The notes below the pieces were generated by a model. The model saw nothing but the letters and a program-made list of their open reading frames with translations. It did not search any database and was not told where the DNA came from. Below are positions 52,501 through 64,000 of a stretch of 64,000 nt of DNA, one piece after another (positions within the stretch are counted from its first letter, which is position 1; every line of letters begins with the position of its first letter). The stretch covers positions 5,897,519-5,961,518 of the forward strand of contig CM082580.2 of assembly GCA_040954595.2 (NCBI GenBank), in the 5' to 3' direction. This DNA comes from Balanoglossus misakiensis (lineage: Eukaryota; Animalia; Hemichordata). The position numbers and the translations under genes are program-made.

Positions 52501-54571
52501 ATGTGGCACGGTATTTTGCCGACAAGAGAAACCCTACTCTGTCATCCAACTGTCTTGATACAGATTCAAACTACCTACCTGGGCTTGGATTGGCATTGGT
52601 ACGGAATACTCCGATTTCCTGATGTAGTGCATCAGCTGCTCATCAAAACCAAAATGTCCGAAGCTGGACACCGGCTTTGGTGGTTCAAACCCGGACACCT
52701 GGAAAAAGTGGAAAAGACATACACGTATCAACATCATGAATTAACTTTTTTGAAACTGATTACTTAAATGCATGTATCTTCCCTGATGTAACAAACTGCT
52801 ATTTTTAAAACTCCATGTTGAATATTCCTTGATACTCAACAACCTTTAAATTCCTTAAGTTTGACCATTAATTTTGATCATCAACACTTTACAAACATCT
52901 GTAAAGCAACGATAAAATACTTGTTTGAACTATAACCATGTATACCACCGAAGTTTATTTCACAAATTCCACACATGCGTCTTACCTTAATGCCAAGTTT
53001 TCTGCGCAGTTCGATCACATCAAACAAACCAAGTTTGGAGATGTCCTGATGTTCGTCATAAAAGTCTTTGGAAAATTCAGAATAATCAATCTGTGAAAGA
53101 AAGAGATCATTGTAGATTTGTACATTTTCATCACAACAATAAATTTCCGTTAACTTTGTTTGGGTCAGAAAAACCTGAAAATAAAATAAAATAGTCACAA
53201 ACATTTTCAAGAGCAGTGTGTGGTTTACATTATGAAAAGAGAATGTGAAAATTAATCGTCGCGAAATAGCCGTCTCTGTTGATATTGCAAAAATTTCTCA
53301 TTGTGAAAATTTCCAGGTTTACAGTGGTCAGCTTTTATCAGAGAAAGGTATGCTAATCATTTAACGTATACATGTACCATATGCTGTATGTATAAAGACT
53401 GCTAAGCTCCATATAATTCTGCAAAATCAATTTAAATACCGCGGTAGTTTTATTTCACTGACCTGAGAGTGATCAATGGGAGGTAACGGGTCGATAATTC
53501 TGTTCTTTTCCGGAATGATGGGATTTCCATCTTCGTCGTACTCAATATCGATTTCGTCGTCGTCGATCAGACGACCAGCATTGGGATTGTCCTCCATGTA
53601 TTTGAAGTAGGTTTCTTGATCATCGGCTTCTTCGATGTCCTGCCTTCCCAGACCTTTCTTCTTTTTCCCATCCTTGACATCTTTATCTTTGGTTTGCTTC
53701 TGCAGATCGTTCTATGAATGCAAGGAGAGTGTGAGATGACAAGTTGTAAAGTTTCGATACTTTTTCACGGACACGCAGATAAGAATAAAAGTAAGAAATC
53801 GTACACAGCACCTGTAACTGAACCGTGACGTCTCAAAGAGGGCTGTATTGTCTAGTGTTACCATAGCGATAAGTGTACAGTGATACATGAAGAGCAGTAG
53901 GTAGCTGAGGGTTAATTCAGACATCTCTTCAAACTCAAATTTTCTCACTCACATCCTTTGGGTTTAGACAGGTCTGACTGCAGTTGCCAAACAAACAAAA
54001 CAATTTTGAATAATTCTTTTCTTTGTTTACCTCAAGACCAGCCATGAATGCATCTAAAGGATCATCATCATCTTCATCATCAGCAAACTGTCGCGATTTT
54101 GAAGGAGTCTCTTCATCACTATCGTCAAAGTAGCTAGGTTTGGGTAGAGAAAGTGACGTCAATAAGAGATTGCATGTATCAGAACTATGTACATGTACTA
54201 ATGGACTGACATTTGCATATACATATACTATACCATTTTAATGCATAAATGTACCCATATGTACATGTATGCATTAATGCAAGAAATATTCTTCATCTTA
54301 AATACAGCAGGTTTTCAATCAATTGCATTAATTAACTTTGGTTATTGTATTTCCAACCTACAAAGTAACATGTAGATTGTAAGCTTACAAATAGCCACAC
54401 ATTATGGGGTGACTGTGGGTATACTATGGCCAGACCGCTAGACCCTGCATATACAGAAATGCTTACTTACTCTTGTTCGGTTTTGTACCGTTTCCTGTTG
54501 GCTTGCTTGTTTATACTCATGGCATTCTTCAAGATGAAGGGCGCACCACCTCCTGAACTGATAGGGTACAT
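46539..54571 (-). CDS. DDX42: DEAD-box RNA helicase DDX42 (SF3b125), 16 coding exons, ~798 aa
   Basis: Exons 54571-54471, 54133-54031, 53711-53463, 53090-52986, 52698-52579, 52036-51860, 51282-51154, 50935-50836, 50605-50558, 50332-50235, 49699-49525, 49050-48949, 48660-48559, 47975-47848, 47543-47250, 46904-46539. Motifs [56 protein letters not shown] and C-terminal KKSRWD. The start codon is less certain; a probable non-coding exon ends at 55311. Confidence 0.94.
47622..47765. repeat. Imperfect tandem repeat (AATTTCATGAGCTATAACCCA... units)
   Basis: TTTCATGAGCTA occurs three times and CCACGAAAAATGTCCAAAAT twice in a DDX42 intron. Confidence 0.7.
49300..49380. repeat. 36-bp tandem duplication
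   Basis: GGGTGTCAAGATGGTTGAATAACT(T/C)TGACCATCCTA twice, plus a partial third unit. Confidence 0.85.
51414..51506. mobile_element. piggyBac-type MITE, best-preserved copy (85 bp between TTAA sites)
   Basis: TTAA|CCCTGTCACCACC...GGGGGTCAAAGGG|TTAA. An inverted copy lies at 59894-59986. Confidence 0.75.
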
Positions 54572-55765
54572 GACTGACGGTTTCCACCTCCTGAGGAGAG
54601 TAACATATAATTTAACATACTGCAAAAGCATTCATTTTCAATGAGATTTAGTTAATTTCACTGTTTTGGAGTAATGTTAATAATTCAGGGCTTTGGGTAT
54701 ATAACAATGAGTTCTATTGCAATTTTACATTATCAGTGGGATTTTATCTTAGCAGATATTATCAATCACTAATAAGTGAAGTTAAAAGAGGAATTGAAAC
54801 CCAGTGAAACTTTAATGCTTTTTACAGTACCATTATTCTGATGTTTCTTACAATGATTGGGTTTACATATTGGATAAGGAGCTACTGATTCAACACTGAC
54901 ATCCCAAATCAATGAAGCCATGCAATGTGAATCAAAGTTGCTACTTTTGAAATTGGCATTTTTGTACATCAACCATCCTTCATTAATTAAGACTGCTTAT
55001 AAAAAATATGTGCAATAGCGTGGGAATGTACTATTAATATACATTTCTGTCCTGCTGCGGGTTCGCAGCACTACCACTGCCTTGACTCTCCAACACAAAC
55101 AGTCTAAGGAGTGCCAGTGTGGTAGGTCTACGGTCCCCGCCTTGCATGTACTACTACATGTACATCAGTGACCATGACCTGGAGGACATGAGGAAACTCA
55201 CACCTTTGCAACTGCAACCCAATTCACTTTGCAAGACATAACTGATGGAATCTTTCGGTGATGAATACCCTATATCTACTCTACAACCCACAAGAAATGC
55301 CGGAACTTACCAAAATTCTTCAAAATATGCAACTTCTTTGTAAGAATCACCTTATTTTGTTGTTAGTTGTAGCAGTACGTAATGAGTGTGCGCAATGACC
55401 TTTAAACTTTGACCAGAAAGGTTGATTAAGACCGGGCAAGTTGTTGGATATGATTTTCAATTAAACGTATTTATGTCATATATAAAAACAGACCTCGCCA
55501 AACAACAGATATATATCATATTTCTGGGGATATAGCAACTTTTATTTCTAAGAATTAAGAGATTTGATTATCCACTGATTCAGCTATTTTCAGTTTTCTC
55601 AGAATGACTCTCCTAGGAGGTCTTAATTAATGGCTTCCCCCAGCAGCTAGTTAGACGTTTGTGAAGCGTTGTTTCATCCTTGTTAAAATTGCCACAGAAA
55701 CAGGAAACCAGAAGTAAACTCGTGAAGTTCTACTGTGCGCTGGGTGCCTAGTATTACAATTTCAA

Positions 55766-58700
55766 ATGGACGTGCAGCTGCCGTCTTCCTCGAGCGGTAG
55801 GGAAAGAGAGAAGTGGAGGGAACGCGATCGCGAAAGGGAACGTGAGAGAAGAGACAGGTAAATAATAGGAACCGCTCATTGTAGCAAAACGAACGCATTT
55901 AATTCAAGGACAGTTATCCTGTCAGGCTTTCTAGGCAATCACTGAGCTAAATTTAATCAGGCAGCTTATTGCTTGATCGCTGCTGCTGTGTGCTGGATTT
56001 CCATACTCCAACTTCCCAAGGATTGTTTACTTCATTGTGAAGATGCATGTAGTTCCAGGAAGGCCCTAGCTCTGCGTGGCAGGGCTGTGTTGTTACGGCG
56101 AGCCGTGTTACCTACTCTCATTCTTGATGGACAATGATTGCAATAATTTAGATCAAAAACCTATAGGTCTGTTGTTTATATCCATAGAAAATGCCCCATC
56201 AACAAATATGGGCCTTTAAAAGTCCACGAGTTTTGGCTAGTGGACATGCTTACCCATGAGGTGTACGTCATCTTCTGAATTAATTACATGTTATATACAT
56301 TTTGTTGATTGTCATCATTCTGACAATTTGTGTTTGTTATGTTTTCCTCTAGGGACAGACACAGAGATCGTGACAGGGACCGGGACCGAGAAAGGCGTGA
56401 CCGAGATAGGGACCGGGAACGACGAGATCGAGACAGGAGAGACAGAGATCGTCGCCGATCCAGGTCACGTTCACCCCACAGGTCTTCAAAAGACAAAACA
56501 AGGTAATATTGTAATACATCATGTACTAGTTCTTGTTATCTGCCATTTCTTAGATTCTCTTCACGTATAATTTTGATAATATTGTAATGTAATGTGGACG
56601 TGTTGTAGGACGGAGAAGTGTGGTTGCCTGTGCATAGCTTTATGTATGTAATGATTATGCATGTCTTCATGTCTGTGAACGCAGCTCATTGAAGCAGGAA
56701 GAGGAAGAAGAAGATGAAAAGAAGATAATCAAGAAAGAGCCGCTATCGCTGGAAGAAGTGATGGCACGGAGGAAAGCTGAACAAGAAGCACTCTCTAAGG
56801 TAAAGAATTAAAAAAACATTTATCATCTCCTCTCACTAATTCCAACTTCAGTATTCAAACTTGAAGGTATTACATGTACCTCTATTGCGTGTATGAGCGC
56901 ACGGCGGCACGCACACACAAAATTTTAGAATGTATCCAAGCAAGGTGAGACAATGACCAGACAAATGAGGAGACACCATCATGTATTGCACAGTGACAAG
57001 CATTTGTGTCTCTTCCACTATGACAGCCAAAGTTTTTGACGAAAGAAGAAAGAGCTAAGCTGGCCTTGGAAAGAAGACAACAGGCGGTGGACGAACAGAG
57101 GAAGAAAGTGGCTGAAGAACGCAAGCAGAACATGAACTTCCACAAACAAGCCCAACTTTCCCATGGTCAGTAAATAACTCTAATTGCACAGAGTGGTTCC
57201 TATGTGTACGGGTGTGGTATTCATGATTCTAAGTCACAATACAGATTATTGTCATCAGAGACCTTATTTGATCACGAGGCTGTGTTTACTCCAACAAAAA
57301 CATAGGACGTTCCTGAGAGCTTGTGAAAATACTAAAGTTGAAAATGTTGCTCCTCTTTCGGATGCAGTGTGTAGTTTAACCTGACTATGGTAGTACATGT
57401 AATATTTTTGAAAGACTGACTTGGTTTGGTTTATGTCATAATTATGTCACTTAATGCCGTTTTTTCAGTGATTCTCGTTGAAAAATGTCTAATTCCATTG
57501 CCCCTTTGCAGAGGACCCTCATGAGAGGGAAAGACGAGAACGGCGGGAGCGGCGCGAGAGGGAGAGAGAACGAGAGCGGGAAATGGATGAAGAACAGAGG
57601 GAGAGAGCAAAACTGGAGAGAGACGGAGAAAAAGAGTTGCAGGCAATCAAGGTATGTATTGACAGGGTATCTGCCCAGGTTGACAGGAGTACGGGCATCT
57701 CATTAATATACATGCTCATTAATATTCATGTCTGTTGCAAGTCATACCCATTCATCAGCGCCAATTGTACTTTTTCTAAACTGATTATTTTCTCCAGGAT
57801 CGCTACTTGGGCCTGGTGAAGAAGAAGCGAAGAGTTCGGCGACTGAATGATCGGAAATTCGTTTTTGACTGGGACCCCACAGAAGACACATCACAGGACT
57901 ACAATCCTCTGTAAGCAATTAGTAAACTACGAGAATGCGAAAATTAATCCTCGCGAAACACTTGCCTCTCTTGATATCGCGAAAATTTCCTGTCGCGAAA
58001 ATAACCCGTTTTACAATATAACATTTGGCACCTCCCTCCAGGTACAAAGAAAAACACCAGGTCCAGCTGTATGGCCGTGGTCACATCGCCGGGATAGACC
58101 TGAAGGCTCAGAAGAAAGACCAGTCCAAGTTCTACGGAGAGCTCCTGGAAACCAGAAGAACTATACAGGAAAAGGAGCAGGAAGCGTGAGTGTTGCACAT
58201 TCAGGAATTGTTGGAATCCGTTTGCTTGTAATGACTGTATTGTGTGCCCATGTTCGTCAGATTGTGTATACATGTACAAGCCAAGCCAAAATCTTTATAA
58301 TAGGTTGAAGTGGAAAAAAAGGCTCGATAGCAGGTTTTACCAACTTGGCAAGGTTGTGCGTAACTCTCCTAGCACGAAAAGGGTGAAAAAAGATGAAAGT
58401 TGCAATTTCTGAGTTAAAATCTGTGATGCATACATATCTATAAGAGGGTTCTGCCCAGGTTGACCGGAGTGCCAGCTGATCATTAATATTCATGCTCATT
58501 AATATTCAAACTCATTAACATTCATGTATGTATCAGTGTATGAAAATGAGATGATTTGAGTGCTGATGGCACTGTCTGCCACCGTTCCACTTTGGCAGAA
58601 CCCGGAAATAGTGCTGAGAAAGAGAGATGTTTATCATATGGGAGAAAAAATGTAGTCATTTCTCCTTTTTGTAACGCTGCAGGGTGCACCAGAAAAAGCT

Positions 58701-61700
58701 GCGTCAGAAGGAGGCCAAGCAGAAATGGGACGACAGACACTGGTCACAGAAATCTGCGGAAGAGATGGCGGAGAGAGATTGGCGTATATTCCGCGAGGAT
58801 TACAACATCTCCACCAAAGGAGGGCGCATCCCTAATCCCATCCGGAGCTGGACCGAGGCAGGTCTCCCGGATTACGTAATTGAAGTGATTGACAAGCTCA
58901 ATTATAAGGTAAAATTGTCAGATATTTTAGGAAAAAACTAAGAACACTTGCAAGCGTAGGACACCTGCGAAAGTAATTCAGAAACACATGCCACACATGT
59001 GAATCATGAAAATCCAATCAACATGTAATATGCACATTTTATAGTTATAATTAATATGAGTCTAAAGTCACCTCGATGCAAATTTAGCTGCAGTTTCCAT
59101 GGCAAATTGAGATGTAGCCAATGACAGATTTTCAGTGGGTTGCGCACGCGAAAATAAAGAGCGCCACTGATGTTCTTTAGAAGACACAGATATGCTATTT
59201 CAGCTGCATATATGTGCATATGTAAATTGGAGGTGACCATATACCTATAGACACAAGATGGCATACATTACACTTGTGCTGAGTCAGTGATTCAGTATAC
59301 TGTTGGTGCACATAACGACTGTTGCTGATGTTAAATTTTGTTGCCAGGAACCCACACCCATTCAGAGACAAGCCATACCCATCGGGATACAAAACAGAGA
59401 TGTGATCGGTGTGGCGGAGACAGGCAGTGGGAAAACTGCCGCTTTCCTGATCCCGCTTCTGGTCTGGATCTCTTCACTGCCCAAGATTGCAAGGTATGTC
59501 TTCTTCAGACAGTGACTGCTTCTCATGGAGATGTACAGATGTTTTCGTGTTTACTTTCATCTCTCAGTGTGTGTGTTTCAAACAACTTGGTCAGAAGAGA
59601 CAAAAGTGTCCCTACTTTATCATTGAAATTACACAAAGACAATTTTTGATAGTGGCAAAAACTGCTTGTGTTTTTGTTCCAAAGAAATGATGAAACAAGA
59701 GTACAAAATATAAAATTTTATTGTCTTTTACCCCTTTGGTTTGATCACAATCCATTGTTTTCTGTGGTAATGTTGGACCTCTAATATTATAGAGTGAGCT
59801 GGGGATTAAAGGGTTTATAAGTCAGAGCGTAATTATTAAAGTAAATAACACATGCAAATGAGTACTTTTCAAAGAATTTTGTGAGCATTTTGGTTAAATC
59901 TTTGACCCCCAGTTCCCTCTGTAGAAGTCCAACTCTACCATAGAAAACAATGGACTTGGACTGAACCGTGGTGGTGAAAGGGTTAATGTATATGAATATA
60001 ACCATCAAAGCGTTTTGTTGTTATTGAAGGCAAGAAGACGTGGACCAAGGGCCATACGCCATCATCCTGGCACCCACCCGTGAATTGGCGCAGCAGATCG
60101 AAGAGGAGACCTTGAAGTTCGGAGAGCCGCTGGGCATCCGTACTGTCTCCATCATCGGCGGTATATCTCGTGAAGACCAGGGTTTCAAGTTGCGTCTCGG
60201 GTGCGAAATCGTCATAGCAACGCCCGGACGTCTGATTGACGTACTGGAGAATCGCTACCTGGTGCTGAGTCAGTGTTCATATGTGGTACTCGATGAGGTG
60301 CGTGTTAAAACATAATCAGTCTGTAAAGCATGTAAACTATGTTTCACTTAGTGTATCAAAAATCACAAAGTCTTAGACTTTTTCTCATAGTTTGCTCAAG
60401 GCAACTTAGGATTATTTTCTCTTCAAATTGAGAATAAAAATTAAAGGTCACTGTGCAAAATTTTAAATGAGAGAGCGAAACTGCTTCAAATTCAAAATGG
60501 CCGCCAGTCTCTGTATTATCTCTATGGAGAGAATATATGATAGTGATTTTTATGAAAACAAGACAATGAACTCCCCACACACTTAAATAAAGTAAAGAAC
60601 TGAAAAGTTTTGAAGAGAATCATTTTTCTGAAAATCTGACCCTGAGGTTATTCCTGACTGTTGTTTTGTTTTTGTTGTCTAAGGCTGATCGTATGATTGA
60701 CATGGGTTTTGAACCAGACGTTCAGAAGATTCTGGAATTCCTTCCGGTGACCAATCAGAAACCAGACACAGATGATGCCGAAGATGAAGAGAAATTGTTG
60801 ACAAATTACGCATCCAAACTGAAATACAGACAGGTGATTTGTTACCTCATTATCTGCTTGTCTTAATTTTATGTGTAAAAACACCAGAAAATCTGCTCGG
60901 ATGACTCAGTCATTTACGCACAGAAAGTTCAAGAATTATATTGTGCATTGTACGTATGGCCTGTTCATAGTGTGATCTTGAATGTGAACAGAATTACAGA
61001 GGGCACAAGATGGTAAAGACCGACAATCTGGAGAAATGACTTAGTAGCAAAACAGCCATTCATTCAGCGAGTACAAGTATTTTACTATGTGTTTGACTAC
61101 AATGAAATGTAGCCAGCTGTAGGCGATCTCTGTAAGAAATCAACTCCATCCATTTACAATGGTGTTATCAGTCGATGTAGCATTAAGCTTTCATGTTGCT
61201 GGTAGTGATTGGATTTTATGTGAAAGTATTCAACCTAAAACTCTACCGGGTGTCAGAAATGTGCATTTTGTTTTGTTTTTACTCTTTAGACTGTCATGTT
61301 CACCGCTACCATGCCAACGGCGGTGGAGAGAGTGGCCCGCAGTTACCTACGGCGACCGGCTGTTGTGTACATCGGTTCCATTGGCAAGCCCGTGGACAGG
61401 GTGGAACAGATTGTGTATATGGTCAAAGAACAGGAAAAGAGGTAAAAATGTGAATTTCATTTCTGGGCTTCTTGGGGTGGGGGGGTGGAATCTGATGAAT
61501 GTGATGAACATCAGTGATTTCAAGAATGGTTGCATGATGCTTGAATTTTCGGGTTCCCCACCTCTCGAAAAGCGATGTGCAGCGGTTAAAATCACACCAT
61601 CTTTGTCAGCTTTACCTCTTAAAAGAAAACTAATTTAACTTGATAAAAATTTCAATGTAAAACAAAGACTTAATGCCACATAAGCATCCAATGTGAGAAA

Positions 61701-63201
61701 CGGGGGTTGGCAATTATTGCCCCTTTAAAAAAAACAACCCAGATGACCAAGAAAAAGATCTGTTTCTCGCATAAAAATGTCTTACTCCATTCCACTGATT
61801 TTTGTCCCATATGATCACAATTTCGTTTAAAAAATCTCCTATCGCGTATATGTGTGTGTAAATCTCATGTTTTCTTGTTTCTATGGTAACAGGAAGAAAC
61901 TGGTGTTCCTGCTGAACTCCTTGATTCCACCAGTGCTGATATTTGTCAATCAGAAGAAGGGCTGTGATGTGTTGGCCAAATCCCTGGAAAAAATGGGTGT
62001 AAGTAACACCGTTGTGACTGTAATATTGGACAAAGTCACGACATTTTAACTCTGGTCTGTTCTGAAGTGATTGAGGGTATGGGAATATTGCTCAGGTTTT
62101 TTTTTGCCTGTTGAGTAAAGTGTGCAAAGTTGGACAATGTTCATTGTTTATGTTTATCATACTGCACATGCAGTCGTAATTATTCCTCAAAATCATCTGC
62201 AGGACTGAATTCATACGTGGCAGTTGAGGTATTACCCTAGAGCTGAACACCCCCCCCCCCCCACAATTTCCATGTCCTTGCATTATATACAATGTCATTC
62301 TTCGTGTGGCCTAAGCAGCATATGCAATATGCATGTACTAATTCACTATGTATAATAAGTGGCAGGAAATGGTTATTTCAGAATGGATATATGCCAGAAA
62401 AGGGTCACAGACAATCACGACATCAACTCAACTCCAAACTTATTGAACATGCACAAATAGCAAAATATCTTCAAGACGTAAAAGATGGTGGAGAATTCCT
62501 GGTGCCAATCAAGAAGACTAATATCGGTTTCCAAACTTTTGACATTTTCAGTACAGCGCCGTGACGCTCCACGGTGGCAAAAGTCAGGAACAGCGAGAGT
62601 TTGCGCTGGCCAGTCTGAAGAGCGGCGCTAAAGACATCTTGGTGGCCACCGACGTGGCCGGACGTGGTATCGATATCAGGGATGTGTCTATGGTCATCAA
62701 CTATGACATGGCGAAAAATATTGAAGGTATTTGTTACGAGGTTAATCTTGTTACAATGTCCCTAATGCTTGAAAACAGTTCAAAGGATGTGTCAAAGATG
62801 CTCCCTGACACCTCCCCTCCCCCCCCCCTTGTGACCTATGACATCATTCATGAGTTTACTTCCAAGCCATGTTTCACAGTGGTGAAGATTCTAAGCAGAA
62901 ATAGTGCGGAAGAAAAAAAAGGCCTGCCTTGTGAAGTATAAAATGTGACATATTTTGTCCGCTTTTTCTTTCAGACTACACTCATCGTATCGGTCGTACG
63001 GGTCGTGCCGGCAAGACTGGCATGGCGGTCTCGTTTCTCACTCCAGACGACAAAGCCGTCTTCTATGATCTGAAACAAGTTATAATGAACAGTCCCGTGT
63101 CAACCTGTCCACCTGAGCTGGCCAATCATGCAGAGTCTCAGCACAAACCAGGAACTGTGATGTCAAAGAAACGACGCGAAGAGACTCTTTATGTCAGCTA
63201 A
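55766..63201 (+). CDS. DDX23: DEAD-box RNA helicase DDX23 (PRP28, U5-100K), 15 exons, ~780 aa
   Basis: Exons 55766-55857, 56353-56502, 56685-56799, 57027-57165, 57512-57651, 57798-57910, 58042-58185, 58683-58908, 59348-59493, 60030-60297, 60684-60833, 61290-61441, 61893-61998, 62552-62726, 62975-63201. RD/RS-rich N-terminus, [51 protein letters not shown]. Confidence 0.96.
59064..59238. mobile_element. Non-autonomous element with GTCACCTC/GAGGTGAC termini
   Basis: Shared core GAGAT(C/G)TAGCCAAT(C/G) also seen at ~4388-4512, ~21968-22060 and ~23641-23720. Confidence 0.55.
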
Positions 63202-64000
63202 GAAGGGGAAAATGTAATTTGACCCGGGTATTTTTTAGGGGTAGCAATTAGTATTGGAGGGGTATATTATATTTGGGGGGCTGTTTGAAGATACCATCGG
63301 CATTTTTATAATGTTGTGAAAAAAATTCGGTTCCAGTCCTATACTTTAAGAGAATTCTACCCCTCAAAGGAAGTTTGTAGTTAAATCATAGACTCACTTC
63401 TAGTGTCTATGGTTATTGATACAATATTCAGTGAGATATTGTCAATATACTTCGGAGTCACCTTGGACCAATCATTCATTCAGATCATGCTCAGATAACC
63501 CAAGGACTGATTAAGAGAGATCATTTATTTTCTCCTCCCAAAAATGTTATGTGTTGGCCCATAAGCCAACATTTGAAACGTTTTCTCTTTTTTGTTCTGT
63601 GACATGGTTTACACAGTCACTACTAAGCCAAGTTTAGCTATACCTCAGTTGATGAAATCAGTTCCGCAGATATGATGTTTTTCGATGATCATTTTGCATA
63701 TTCTTACAGTATGATGTATCTCTAATTTCTGTTTCTGATGGCATTTATGGCTTTGCACATACATGTAATTCACACCGTACTGTAATGGGAAAAAATGGAA
63801 TAAAAAGAAGGCTTTTCGCCTCATAGAAATCTACAACTATGTGCTTGTGGACTCATTACTATATGTGATTACAGAAGAAAATCTTATAATATATAGATTT
63901 TTATTTATCATCTGTGTAAAAATAAACATTAAATCAAAACAAAAGAAAAGTTAAATGGAGTTTAATATTATTTACAATGTGTATTTGTGTCATAAAAACA

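Overview
Intron-rich eukaryotic (metazoan) DNA. The GT-AG introns, abundant MITEs and C1q-domain gene expansion suggest a marine invertebrate, but the species cannot be fixed from sequence alone. Exons were assembled by hand with phase-consistent splice sites. Left to right: ACMSD (+, 8 exons); a tandem array of three secreted collagen + gC1q genes (-); GTPBP10 (-), with an inverted C1q pseudo-exon in intron 7, head-to-head with TEX10/IPI1 (+); two divergent intronless orphan ORFs (160 aa -, 121 aa +); DDX42 (-) head-to-head with DDX23/PRP28 (+). Most notable: (i) the C1q array appears to be diversifying, with hypervariable gC1q loops despite near-identical spacers, a chimeric middle gene, an 8x108-bp collagen expansion and loss of N-terminal cysteines; (ii) the orphan ORF pair, one of which resembles by eye a bacterial BECR-type RNase toxin or a beta-grasp domain; (iii) a MITE whose 9-bp TSD duplicated a GTPBP10 splice donor; (iv) a pseudoknot-topology element in the DDX42 3' UTR; (v) an NLS-like C-terminal tail on ACMSD. 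No database searches were run, so family calls rest on recognised motifs.
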